From: Octopus sinensis
Taxonomy: Eukaryota
Direction of reading: 5' to 3'
DNA length: 64,000 nucleotides
Assembly (NCBI RefSeq): GCF_006345805.1
Contig: NC_042997.1
Span: 183,334,001 to 183,398,000 of the forward strand
Shown here one piece after another: positions 25,760-38,165 of the stretch (positions within the stretch are counted from its first letter, which is position 1; each line of letters opens with the position of its first letter). Under the pieces are notes generated by a model that saw only the letters and a program-made list of their open reading frames with translations, was not told the DNA's origin and made no database searches. Position numbers and translations under genes: made by a program.

Positions 25760-25955
25760 TTTTCAAAGAAATTCATATTTCTTTGCTTTCTCGTGACTTG
25801 AAAACAACTGTCAAAACTATTTTAAAGACTTGCAACCTACCTCTGGATTATGTCGATCATGTTGCAAATCAGAGCAAAATTAACACAAGTTCTCCTGTAT
25901 TCAGACCCCTGGATCCATCAATAGTCATGAAGCCTAATCCTCAAATAAGTTTACA
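25760..25955 (+). CDS. TCAIM: T-cell activation inhibitor, mitochondrial: first identified coding exon (FKEIHISLLSRDLKTTVKTILKTCNLPLDYV...)
   Basis: ttttctctttcAG acceptor, GTAAGT donor; resembles human FRAVKFTLHTRDLLSTVLYILNSCSL; starts phase 1, ends phase 2. Confidence 0.85.
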
Positions 25956-26056
25956 GTAAGTAAAGTTATCTAATGCTGTTTGTCATCTTTTCATTTGAAA
26001 GGAAACGTTTTTATCTTGACTATATTCTATCATTACTATTTGGGTTTCTGCTAAAT

Positions 26057-26633
26057 CAGAGGTTCTCAATATGGGTGGTAGCACCCCCTAGCAGTTGCTG
26101 GGCATGTCATAGAGGGTCAGTGAGGTAACTTAATTAACATACTAAATTTTACCTATAGTAGTAATTATATTATACATGATAAAACTAGTAATGATTTTTT
26201 AGGATGAATGTAACTTCCTTAATTGTCAATTTTTTTTTGAGGAATAAACTAAGTTTTTTGCTTAGAAGATAAGTTACCATAGAGATAACAGTGTAATTTT
26301 TTTTGAGAGTTCATATTGGAAAAAGAGATTGCGACCTTGATGTTGGATTAAAATTAACCTTAAGGTGGAGAGATAAGTAGTGTACAGCTACTTCTAGCAA
26401 GTCGAGCAACTGTATAGATTCTACACCAGTTGCTTGACCTGCTAGAAATAGCAGCACACTAACTATCTCTCATTTTACTTTAATAATCATTACTAGTATT
26501 ATCATGTATAATATAATTACTATTGTAGGTAAAATTAAGTTAGTTTAGTTATGATACCTCACTAACCACTTAGGTGGCCACTAGGTATAACAACTACAGG
26601 GGCACTACAGAAAAATATGGTAAAGAACCATTG
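26057..26633. mobile_element. hAT-like MITE
   Basis: CAGAGGTTCT... / ...AGAACCATTG ends; 8-bp flanks TGCTAAAT / TGTTAAAT. Confidence 0.6.
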
Positions 26634-27309
26634 TGTTAAATCTAAACTCAGTTGATCCTTGACTCATTTCATTTTGTTTTGTTTTTACATAATATATTTA
26701 TCCAACCCATGATAGTAAGCCAGGTGTCTATCTTGTTATCTTTATCTCTTTTTTTTTTCAGTAAAGGATCACATCTTCAAAAAGTGATAATGGAGAAGCT
26801 CAAATGTAAACAAATGCACACACACATTTCATCATCATCATCATTATCATCATCAACATCAACATTTTAATGTCTGTTTTCCGTGCTGGCATGGGTTGGA
26901 TGGCTTGACAGGAACAAGCAAAACCAGATTTGCTATAGGGATTGGATATAGCCTCAGACCAACCAAAGCCTTGTGAGTGGATTTGGTAGGTGGCTACTGA
27001 AAGAAACCTTTTGTGTATGTGTGTGTGTGTTACTGTTTCCTTATCTTCACATCATGTGATGGTTGTAAGCAAGAGTCACCCTCATTGTTTGTAAGTGGTG
27101 CCTTTTGTTTCCAATTTTCTGTGAAAACATGTCTGGTAATGGGGAAATATTTCCTTACTTGGAAACATGTGAGGTTTGGTGACAGGAAGGGCATCTGACC
27201 ATAGAAAATCTGCCCCAACAAATTCCTATCTGACTTATGCAAGCATGGAAAAGTGGACACTAAATTGATGATGATGATTAGAATATTAAACCCCAGCCCA
27301 TCCAAAGTG

Positions 27310-27760
27310 CCTTGGATCGCAGGACAGCTTGCTGTGTTTACCTTGGATCGTAGGGCAACCAGCTGTGCTTGAGGAGACCTAATGAGTCAAGTACATCAAC
27401 ATCAAAAAGTTAAATGGAAATTGTAGTTGTGATACCTGTGCCGGTGGCACGTAAAAAGCACCATCCGAATGTGGCCGATGCCAGTGCCGCTTTGACTGGC
27501 TTCTGTACTGGTGGCACGTAAAAAGCACCAACCGATCCTGGCCGTTGCCGGCCTCCCCTGGTACCTGTTCTGGCGGCATGTAAAAAGCACCCACTACACT
27601 CACTGAGTGGTTGGCGTTAGGAAGGGCATCCAGCTGTAGAAACACTGCCAAATCATACTGGAGCCTGGTGCAGCCTCCTGGCTTCCCAGACCCTGGTCGA
27701 ACCGTCCAATCCATGCTAGCATGGAAAACGGATGTTAAACGATGATGATGATGACGACGA
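27310..27760 (+). mobile_element. RTE 3' UTR fragment
   Basis: Repeated TGGCACGTAAAAAGCACC units and (GAT)n tail. Confidence 0.8.
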
Positions 27761-27946
27761 CGAAGAAGAAGAAGAAACATTGTTTCAGAAGCATGTATGG
27801 TTCTGAAGTATATGTTGTCCCTTTGATACTAGTTTGTTGTAATTTATCTGTCTTATCTAATTCAGCAGTTTATAAAACTGTCATTGAATTATTGAGTTAT
27901 TCTGTTTTTTTACTTTTTTTTCCTTCTTAATTACTTTCATTGTCAG

Positions 27947-28170
27947 AATGTGGTTGGAAAAGAACAGTCAAGAAACCCAGAGGCTGTCTCTGGCTACTTT
28001 AGCCATTCAAGATGAAATCGACCGTCTTAGCCTTGTTCTGAAGGAAAAGTTAAAACTCCGGGAACTTCGATGGGATAGTGCATGGGGAAATATCCATTTC
28101 CGAGCTTGTTTAAAGAGCTTTGATCGTCTATATGCAGAAAATACCATCAAATTTGAAAGCATTCTTAAAG
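27947..28170 (+). CDS. TCAIM: TCAIM coding exon (MWLEKNSQ...LRELRWDSAWGNIHF...ESILK)
   Basis: Resembles human SWLDNNG...ELDRLKDELSHQLQLSDIRWQRSWG; AG acceptor; non-canonical AAG|GCAAGT donor, phase-consistent with the next exon. Confidence 0.9.
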
Positions 28171-28430
28171 GCAAGTTGTAGCATAAATTTTGATGATATT
28201 CCAACTTTTTATATTTAAGAAATTTAAACAAACCAATAATTATGATTTGTACATTAGATATGTTTAGTGGTATTAATCATTATTTCATCATTTGTAGTAT
28301 ACAATATTAACCTGTGTGTGAAGGCTTGACTATACTATCATTTTTATAAGTTTCCATATTTTTCAATACCCAGAACATTTGAATTTACATATCATCATGA
28401 TAATCATCATTGTTTTAGTGTGTACTTTTC

Positions 28431-29034
28431 GGATCTTTACCTTTTGACCAACAGATTTTAAAAAATAATTTTTTGTAACTAAACACTTTCAAACTTCGGA
28501 CACTGGTAGAATGTGTCATATAAAACATCTTTTACTCTTAGCATTTTTGAGAAAATTTATAATTACAAAGTTATTTCATGTTAAAGTTCTTGTATTTCGG
28601 TAATTTCAACCAATCAATGACATGTATTCAGCTGAATAAAATTACTGCTGTTGATTGTCAACAAGAACTTCCGGCAGTGTATATTTCGTTTGTCACTGTT
28701 ATTTATGACAACCCTAACCCTAACACCTTAAAACCAGTACAAACGCATGAATGATGTCATAAATAACAGTGACAAATGAAAAATACACAACCGATAGTTG
28801 TTGTTGACAAACAACAGCAGTAATTTTATTCAGCTGAATACATGTCATTGATTGGTTGAAATTACCGAAATACGACAACTTTAACGTGAAATAACTTTGT
28901 AATTATAAATTTTCTCAAGAATGCTAAGAGTAAAAGATGTTCTATATGACACATTCCACCAGTGTCTGAAGTTTGAAAGTGTTTAGTTACAAAAAATAAT
29001 TTTTTAAAATCTGTAGGTCAAAAGGTAAAGATCC
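28431..29034. mobile_element. 604-bp foldback DNA element (Merlin/Mutator-like MITE, inferred)
   Basis: ~280-bp inverted arms (GGATCTTTACCTTTTGACC... / ...GGTCAAAAGGTAAAGATCC); perfect 8-bp TSD TACTTTTC; spacer contains AACCCTAACCCTAAC. Confidence 0.9.
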
Positions 29035-29359
29035 TACTTTTCCATGCTTGTATAAGTTGGACAGAGTTAGCTGAGGTAGATTTTTTGGGGGCCAGATACC
29101 CTTCCTGTTGCCAACCTCCACTTGTTTCCAAGCAAGGTAACAGCATTCCCCCATGTACATATGTACAATAATTATTTGAATAATGCAGCACACATAAGAT
29201 AATGGATGTGATAGTTAAAAGTCTTTTTATAAAAACTTTTAGTTATTTATATAAAATCATTCATGTTTAAAAATAAAAACTTTAAATGCAATGAATTGGT
29301 AAATGGAATTGATATGAAACTTGAAAATAAAAGAAAGCATAATTTTCTTTATTTCTTAG

Positions 29360-29451
29360 ATAGAATATTGGTATTTGCGAGTTCTACTGGCGTAAATCTT
29401 CATGGTGAAATCATCATCAGTACTGAGCATGTTCCAACATTTTGGTTGTCT
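29360..29451 (+). CDS. TCAIM: TCAIM coding exon (RILVFASSTGVNLHGEIIISTEHVPTFWLS)
   Basis: AG/GTAAGT; resembles human CTIIFTDRSGMSAVGHVMLGTMDVHHHWTK. Confidence 0.88.
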
Positions 29452-29476
29452 GTAAGTTGGTAATATATACATATAC

Positions 29477-29517
<41 letters not shown>

Positions 29518-29729
29518 CGTTCAAAACTTTGCTTCAATATCTTCTATTGTTCTCAGTGTTACATTTTAGCAGATGGTGAGGAATGTATAATGTGCTTACT
29601 TTAATTTCATTAAGATACCTTCTTTTGATTAATTCCAGCAGTTAAGGCTTATTCCAGTTTATTGACTCAAAACAACTGGGGTCCATATAACCCTTGGGGG
29701 CCCACATAAGATTTTGTTGCTAAAATTTA

Positions 29730-30072
29730 TCTCTATATATATAAACAGCAAAATGTCTCTGTGTGTGCGTGTCCTTTATACAAATCCAATTTTTCAGTTA
29801 GAGGGCTTGCACTTTCTATGGTCATTCAAAACTATCCAAGGGTGGTCGTGCACATTTTTACATTTCCCCAGTCACCCAACAAAGCCATTAAAAAATCCAT
29901 AGAAATGACTTTTTTGTGAATTTTCTATCCAAAACGCAATCAAAATGCCCGAAACTTGATACGCCAATTGAATGCCAGCTAGCTGTATGTGATTGGTCGG
30001 AGATTTGGACAGTACTCGCGTGTATGTGCGCATGCACGCAGCTATATATGCAACGCCGGGTCATAGTGCTAG
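29730..30072 (+). mobile_element. Non-autonomous Helitron
   Basis: 5' TCTCTATATATATAAA, 3' GCAACGCCGGGTCATAGTGCTAG; inserted between A and T, no TSD. Confidence 0.75.
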
Positions 30073-30749
30073 TGTGCAATAAATTTGTTATACTCTTACA
30101 AGATATTTTAACAATTTTTTTATACAATTCTTAATAATATTTAATTGTAAAAATATAGTTGGATTTTTAAAATATTGAATGACTATGGGGGTCCATCCAA
30201 ATAAAACAGGAATCAAAGGGGGCCATAAGTGGAAAAAAAAAAATCATTGAGAACTCCTGCTCTAAATAAATGTTTTTGTCCCCACAATTTAAAGAATCAA
30301 GTTCATTATTATCGGTGTTAGTGATGAGGTTGCATACTTGTTTTACTCCATATAGTTGTTGTTTAACCCCTGGTTAGTTCTGACCAAACAGACCTATGAT
30401 CTAAAGCATTACAGCTGTTACTACTTGTTTTTTTAAAGACATAGTTTATCCAGGAGTACACTATAAAATGTGTCTTTTTCTTTGAGATAGTTGTTTGTGA
30501 TTTGAGAGGGATCTAGGTGCTATTTTGTTTGTGATTTGAGGGAGATCTAGGTGCTATTTTTAGCAGGTTAAGTGACTGTAGAAAGAGACTCTCATTGGAT
30601 TGTTTACCTCATCTTTTTAAACAGGTCTAGACATTTGCATAAAAGATTGCTTAAGTTAATGTTATAATCATTGGAAATCTATAATGACAACCTCTGAACT
30701 CGGATTTATGGTTGGTACCTGTTTTACAGTTGGATTGACTGATACAATC

Positions 30750-31075
30750 ATCATCATGATTTAACGTCCGTTTTCTGTGCTAGCATGGGTTGGATGGTTC
30801 GACTGGGGTCTGGGAAGCCAGGAGACTGCACCAGGCTCCAGTCTAATCTGGCAGTGTTTCTACAGCTGGATGCCCTTCCTAATGCCAACCACTACGTGAG
30901 TGCTTTTTATGTGCCACCAGCGCAGGTGCCAGAGGAGGTTGGCACCGGCCACAATTGGTTGGTGCTTTTTGCGTGCCACTGGCACAGAAGCCAGTCAAGG
31001 CAGCGCTGGCATCGGCCATGTTCGGATGGTGCTTTTTACGTGCCACCAGCACAGGTATCACAACTACACTAAGAT
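30750..31075 (-). mobile_element. RTE 3'-tail fragment
   Basis: Reverse complement of the shared tail. Confidence 0.8.
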
Positions 31076-31379
31076 AATTTCCTCGAATCACAAAGTAGCT
31101 GTGATTGCTAAAAATGAACTAAAGGACACTCTACTCTCTTAACAAAGGATGAATACACTGAACAGTGTTTAAGATACACAGATGGTATGGTCATAGCTGG
31201 AATGCCTTTAATCATAAATCTTCTCAAGTAGGACTGGAGCTAAATAACAGCAACTACTATTTAATTACCCCCTTCCAAGGGATGAGTTTAAATGTAATAA
31301 AACGCAAATACACTTATTTATATGTGGATTGGTATGTTATGCCTTAGACATGAGTGACATAAATGAAATGCAGTAACAC

Positions 31380-31600
31380 ATTATCATCATCATCGTTTAA
31401 TATCTGCTTTCCATGCTAGCATGGGTTGGACGATTTGACTGAGGTCTGGTGAACCAGATGGCGCCACCAGGCTTCAATCTTGATCTGGCAGAGTTTCTAC
31501 AGCTGGATGCCCTTCCTAACGCCAACCACTCCAAGAGTGTAGTGGGTGCTTTTACGTGCCACCAGCACGGGGCCAGTCAGGCGGTACTGGCAACGACTTC
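31380..31600 (-). mobile_element. RTE 3'-tail fragment
   Basis: Reverse complement of the shared tail. Confidence 0.8.
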
Positions 31601-31992
31601 GCTAGGACATTATTCAAACATTTATTTATAAAGCTTGGGATACTGTTGTCTGAAGATAATGTTAAGAAAATAGGGGTCGTCCTTTAAATGAAAGAAGTTT
31701 CTGGCAAGGTTAAGATAAATAAGGAGATTGTAGGTGATGTATCAATTCTACTCCTAGTACACTGTTGATTGTCCTTTTTGGTATGTCTATACATATGTAT
31801 GTGTGTGTGTGTGTTTCTTTTTCTTTTTTTTTTTGTATGTGTTTTCAGAGGCAGAGGGAAATATAATTAGAATTAATTGCTAAAGAAAAGAATGGTTTTG
31901 CATTTAGTGTTTTTCATCATCTTTAGATGTGTTTCTGGGAGTTTATTTCATCAGTGTAAAATTGTGAGTGTTTTTCTTAATTACCTTAATTA

Positions 31993-32213
31993 CCCTTTTG
32001 TTACTGGATTTATTTTGAGATGCTCTGTGTTTCTTTCAATTATTTTAAATATAACAAAGAATTTAGTTTAATAACTTGGTTATCATTAAGCTTGTGTTGG
32101 GAACATAAATTGTGACTAAGGTCTGTTGGAAGATTTTAATTTGAAACTTATGAAAATGAGACATTTGTACTACAGAGCCAGAGCCAGTTTCAGCCGGGTT
32201 GATATCAAAAGGG
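31993..32213. mobile_element. piggyBac-like MITE (same family as 25271)
   Basis: CCCTTTTG...CAAAAGGG|TTAA with a homologous interior. Confidence 0.82.
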
Positions 32214-32368
32214 TTAATAGATTGTTTTTTTTTCTTATATGAAAGTCTATGGTAGAACTTTTGTTTCTTTTCATTTCTACTGTTTTAATGTCCAACATTA
32301 TTAAAATTATATTTTTGATCAACAGAAGCAGTAAAATCTGTAAGAGATTTATATTTCAATTTTCCCAG

Positions 32369-32613
32369 CTCTTCAATAATGTCCGAGCTTATGATCCCGT
32401 CCTGGCAAGGTTACCTCATATGGAGAGAGAACTGTCACACCTCATGAACAATATTCAAATTGTGCGTCGACATAGAAAACATACAACCTTAATGGCTGAG
32501 CAATATGAAGAACTCTTGAACAAATTAATCAACTCACTTCGCAAATGCCAGTTAGAAGCCAGTTTATACTTCTTGAAAGAAGACCTTTCAGATTTTGAAT
32601 TAGTCTTGGAATG
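32369..32613 (+). CDS. TCAIM: TCAIM coding exon (LFNNVRAYDPVLARLPHMERELSHLMNNIQIV...FELVLE)
   Basis: ttttcccAG acceptor, GTTTGT donor; resembles human LFERLPSYFDLQRRLMILEDQISYLLGGIQVV; phases fit. Confidence 0.88.
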
Positions 32614-33189
32614 GTTTGTTGCTCACATATTCCTATCTTACCTTTTTTTGTCAAGAGATTTAGAATGTATTTCATTATTGTTTTATTGTTGTTGTTGTGA
32701 TGATGATGATGCTAGCACATGTTAATTTGACAGGTATTTTATTTTGAAGTTTGGTAAGAACAGGTCTCCTCAGCTCTCAAGAATCTGTCTTAGGATTCTT
32801 GCAGAATATACGATAGCATTTTTCTACAGGTCGACAATGCGAGTTTCAATTCCAATTTCTTTCAGTCTTTAGATAACATTTTGGGTGTTGTGCAAGCACA
32901 CCAATTACTACAGGAATAATTGTTGTCTTGTTCTTCCAAAGTCTCCTCAGCTTTCTGGCTAAATAAATACATACATACATGCATGCATACATACATACAT
33001 ACATACATATATACATATGTATGTACACACACACACACACTCAAACTCATATTATCATACATGTGAATATAGATGCAGGCATGGCTATGTGGTAGAAATT
33101 TTTCTTTTTGGCCATATGTTCAGTCCTTCTGTGTGGCACTTTGGGCTAGTGTCTTCAAGAACAGCTCCAGGCTGACCAAAACCTTGTGA

Positions 33190-33610
33190 TCGTTACCAGC
33201 ATCGCCTTACTCGCACTTGAGCTCCGTGCTAGTAGGGTGCTAAGAGCACCATCTGAGTGTGATCGTTGCCAGAGCGGCTAACTGGCTTCCATGCCAGTGG
33301 CACGTAAAAGGCACCATTCGAGCATGATCATTACCAGCATTGCCTTACTGGCACCTGTGCCGGTGGCATGTGTAAAAAGATTCGAGCGAGGTCATTGCCA
33401 GTACCGCCTGACTGGCCCCCGTGCCGGTGGCATGTAAAAAGCACCCACTACACTCTCGGAGTGGTTGGCATTAGGAAGGGCATCCAGCTGTAGAAACTCT
33501 GCCAGATCAAAATTGAAGCCTGGTGCAGCCATCTGGTTCATCAGCCCTCTGTCAAATCGTCCAACCCATGCTAGCATGGAAAGTGACGTCAAACGATGAT
33601 GATGATGATG
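33190..33610 (+). mobile_element. RTE 3' UTR fragment inserted in a SINE
   Basis: SINE head at ~33075, RTE repeat units and tail, then the SINE resumes (AAACTGAAAGAAGCCC) at ~33612. Confidence 0.7.
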
Positions 33611-33989
33611 AAAACTGAAAGAAGCCCATAATGTGTGTGTATGTGTGCATGCATGCGTACACGTGCTCTCGTGTGTGTGTGTGCATGCACACGTGTGTAT
33701 GTGTGTTACTGTTTCCTTCCCTTGATTTCATGTGGTAGTTATGAGTGTCACTGTCATGCAAGCAGTATCATTCATTTCCAATCTTCTGAGAAAACATGTC
33801 TGATCATTGGGAAGCATCACCTTATGTTTGGAAACAGATAAGGATTGGTGACAAGGACATCTGGCCATAGAAAATCCACCTCAACAAATTCTGTTCAACC
33901 ATGCAAGCATAGAAAAGTTGATGTTAAAACAAAAAATAAAGATGATGGTAATGTATATGTAACGGTAGAAATTGAATTGTAAACATTAT

Positions 33990-34660
33990 TAAGCAATGTC
34001 ATGGTCAGCTGGTGCGACGATAATTAGTTGTTGTTATGATTTCTTACTTTAAGATGTGAAAGAACAAAGTGCATAATGTATAAAGTTTTAATACGTTACA
34101 ATACCTTGCCTCGACAGACAGGTTGATAAATCCAAAAGCATGCGAAAGTTAGATGCGGTAGAATGTTCGAGTTTGGGTTCTCTTCATTGTTTAGTAGTAA
34201 TTGTGGAGACAAATAGAATGATGTTGTAAGAGAACTGAATTCAAGCTAGTGAGAGTAAGAGAGTGTGGGACATTGTTGAAGTTGCTGGCAGGAATTTTTA
34301 TTTCTCTCTCTGACCATTAAATTCTAGCAGTCCTTTCCTTACTAATTGAGTTGTCACAAACTGCCTTGTTCAGTTGCCGACAAGTTACTAACCGAATTTT
34401 GCTTGGAGTGTGCTTGTTTATATAAAGATCCAGAAGGATAGATATATCATTGAGAACAATAGATTTAGTTGGTGGTCTTGTGATCTATTCTAGCCTTCGG
34501 TGAAGTAGAAGAGGTTAGAAAGGGTCAAGTGATGAAGACATTATTTCGGCCTAGCTAAAAGCATCTGGAAAATGTAAAACTGCTGTCAGAGAAAAACCAT
34601 TGTTCCACCGTGGGAAAAATTCTGTAGCAGTGTTAATTTAAATTTGGCTATGGTGGATCG
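33990..34660 (-). mobile_element. Degenerate L2/CR1-like LINE 3' fragment
   Basis: Minus strand has an eroded 'FFP..WN' type RT C-terminal motif near 34600-34630. Confidence 0.4.
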
Positions 34661-34690
34661 AATCCACTTCATGCATGCTAGATTCGCTAC

Positions 34691-34722
<32 letters not shown>

Positions 34723-35744
34723 CTGCTTGTGAATGTTTATATTACAACTATTATTTTTAGGTAAATATTTTCATAGCGACTACATCTAGGTGTATATTTG
34801 CTTAACACTAACTGCATCCAAGTGGTATTGTTATATAGTTAAAGGGAGATGACACTTACAGAATTACACCAGTTTTTGAGTGAGTGTTCTTCTCAAATCA
34901 GATTAAATTCAAATTATCATTACTGACTGATCATTCAAATTTGGTTTGCACTCCTAATTAAACACTTATCTTTTGCTCTCTTTTTAGCCTCGCTTGAGTC
35001 ATAAATTTTATTAAGTGAAAATATTAAGACATTAAAATTGCAGCATGTTTTTAAATGAATACTTAAGGGGGTCAGCTTGACATATGCATGTGTTTAACCC
35101 TTTGCCAAAGCATTTTCATAAGTTTCTCCTAAACATTTATGCTTGTTTTCAGATATTTAGTTAGCCCTTTGTTTCATATGGTCTGTGTAAAAGCAAGTAT
35201 TCCTTTCATAAGTCCTAAGTTATTTTGGTGGTTGAAAAAATTGGGGATATTATCAAATATGATGCATAGATGCCAGGAAATTCTGTCCTGATACACAGGA
35301 CAGACAAAGGATTTAGACTATTTGTCAATGAGGATACCTGTATGCTGACAGTCTAGCACTCATAGCTGAGTCTGCTGAAGATAGAAAGAAGGAATTCCAA
35401 ATGTGAAAGTGAAACCTGAAAGGTCTCAAAGAAATGAATTTTTATAGAAAAAAAAGATAGGATCCTTATTGTTATATGGGAGTGGCCATGCTCAATATGT
35501 AGAGAAGATGCGGATAGGAATTCTATTACTGGGTGCCGACTGTAAATTACAAATACTCTAGGATTGTATTGGGATTATAGGCAGGGAGACAAAGAAGGAA
35601 GTTTTCCTTCTCAGCCCACTATCTTATGATCCCACTACAACTATATACAGGAATAATTATTAGCATAACTTCTTCCAACTGCTCATAAAGCTCCACAGAA
35701 AAGTTGATAGGTGTTACCTAGGAGCCCTAACTGACAGTGCAAGT

Positions 35745-35749
35745 GGATA

Positions 35750-35793
<44 letters not shown>

Positions 35794-35803
35794 TATATAT
35801 GTA

Positions 35804-35836
<33 letters not shown>

Positions 35837-36130
35837 GGATATATGTGTATGTATATGTATATATATATGTGTATATGTATGTATATATATGTGTATGTAT
35901 ATGTATGTATATATGTGTATGTGTTTATATGTATATATGCATATGTATATATGTATATATATATATATATATATGTGTATATATATATGTATATATGTGT
36001 GTATATATGTATATATGTGTGTATATATGTATATATGTGTATATATACATATATATATATGAGTATATATATATGAGTATATATATATATATATATATAT
36101 ATACATACATATATATGTATGTATACACAC
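35745..36130. repeat. Compound (TA)n/(TATG)n microsatellite
   Basis: Direct inspection. Confidence 0.95.
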
Positions 36131-37575
36131 ATCAACATCATCACCGTTTAACGTCCGCTTTCCATGCTAGCATTGGTTGGACGATTTTGACTGAGGGCTA
36201 GCGAACCAGATAGCTGCACCAGGCTCCAATCTTGATCTGGCAGAGTTTCTACAGCTGGATGCCCTTCCTAACGCCAACCACTCTGAGAGTGTAGTGGGTG
36301 CTTTTACGTGCCACTGGCATGAGGGCCAGTCAGGCGGTACTGGCAATGGCCATGCTTAAATGTAGTTTTTTATGTGCCACCTGCACAGGAGCCAGTCCAG
36401 TGGCACTGCCAACGACCTCGTTCAAATGTTTTTTCACATGTCACTGGCACAATGATCACACTCGAATGGTACTTTTTATGTGCCACCGGTATGGAAGACA
36501 GTTAGCCGCTCTGGCAATGATCACACTCGGATGGTGCTCTTAGTGCTCCACTAGCACGGATGCCAGTCATCAAATTTGATTTTGATTTCACTTGCCCCAA
36601 CAGGTCTTTGCAAGCAGAGTTTAGTGTCCAATGAAGGAAAGGTATGCAGAAGTGGGCTGGTTACATCCCTGGCATAGGCCATGAGGTTATGGTCTCATTT
36701 GGCTTGCTGGGTCTTCTCAAGCACAGCATATTTCCAAAAGTCTTGGTCACTAGTCATTGCGTCGGGGAGGCCTAATGTTCAAAGTAGTGCTTCACTACTT
36801 CATCCCAGGTCTTCCTCTTCCACAGGTTCCCTCATATTGGCTTCATTCCTTGCAAGCCTACGCATTTCCTCAGCAGTCACGGCCCATGTTTCACTGCCAT
36901 GTAGCATGGCTGTTCATACACATGCGTCATACAGTCTACCTTTTACTCTGAGCGAGAGTCCCTTTGTCACCAGCAGAGGTAAGAGCTCTCTGAACTTTGC
37001 CCAGGCTATTCTTATTCTAGCAGCTAAACTTTCAGTGTACACTCCCCGGCTACTGACTTGGTCACCTAGGTAACGGAAGCTATCAACTACTTCTAGTTTT
37101 TCTCCAATGTGGCGGAAGTTGTTCTCTGCACATTTTCAGTGTTTATTGCTCCTGAGCATCTGCCACATACAAAAACTATCTTCCCAGTTAGCCTTCCTTT
37201 GATATTGCTGCACCTCTTATGTGTCCATAGCTTACACTGGGTACATCTTACAGAGTTTCTACCTATGCCTTTTCTACAGATCAAGCAGGGCCATCTACAT
37301 GAAGGGATTTTTGGTTTGCCTACCTTCCTACTTATTAGGGCTTTGGTTTTGGCTAGGTTGATTCTAAGGCCCTTCGATTAGAGTAAAGTCGTCAGCATAG
37401 AGGAGCTCCCAGGGGCATCCTGTCTTGAATTCCTCTGTTATTGCCTGGAGGACTATGATAAATTGGAGGGGGATGACTGAACCTTGGTGAACCCCGACCT
37501 CCCCCCGGAATTCTTCACTGTACTCGTTGCCAACACTCACCTTACGTACAGGGACGTACATACTCATACACATTT
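36130..37575 (-). mobile_element. RTE LINE, 5'-truncated
   Basis: GVHQGSV, GCPWELLYADD, RCTQCKLWTHKRC; small internal deletion near 37380; (GAT)n tail. Confidence 0.88.
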
Positions 37576-38033
37576 AATAGATAACTTAGCAGGGGCACAT
37601 TCATCAGGAAGTGTACTGAGATTGGAGCCGAAGCAGTTTTCATAGCAAGATTAAGTGATTACATGAACATAGTAGTATATGCTGTGTGCTTAATATTTAA
37701 TTATCATTTATTGTTTTCTATTACATCACCACCATTTTATTTGTAAAAGGACATTTATAATGTGTCCATTCCTAAATTATAATTCTTGTAATTTGCTCTC
37801 ATTTGGTCTGAGTTGAATTTAAGGAGCTTCAAAATCTCATTACTCAGTTTCCTGGTCATGTGCCTTTGTCAATTTTGCATTTAAATAAAAGGTATTTTTA
37901 TAGTAAAACTAAGTATGTCACACACATGTGCGCACACACACATACAACAAATTAGCTTCTCTGCTCTCATTCATTCATTCATTCAGTATAAAACATGTAT
38001 ACAAAAGCTATCTACCTGTGTTTATCTTTGTAG

Positions 38034-38165
38034 CCAATCTGGTCCATTTGCAGTATCACCCACTGGTCAGTTCCTAATACCTGGATCATGTCCTGGATCT
38101 CTTGTTATTGAATTCATTAACAAAAACAAAGCATTGGCTAAACAACTTTTAGCACAGGCACCCAG
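38034..38165 (+). CDS. TCAIM: TCAIM coding exon (QSGPFAVSPTGQFLIPGSCPGSLVIEFINKNKALAKQLLAQAP)
   Basis: AG/GTAAGC; resembles human APSLHELGHFNIPTLCDPANLQWFI; phase 2 to phase 2. Confidence 0.88.

Noticed and set aside
33190-33460. Regularly recurring TGGCACGTAAAAAGCACC units resembling a CRISPR-like array
   Set aside because: Imperfect internal repeats of the RTE 3' UTR, with related rather than unique spacers; eukaryotic context.
35683-36201. Several 67-154-aa overlapping ORFs
   Set aside because: Microsatellite artefacts.
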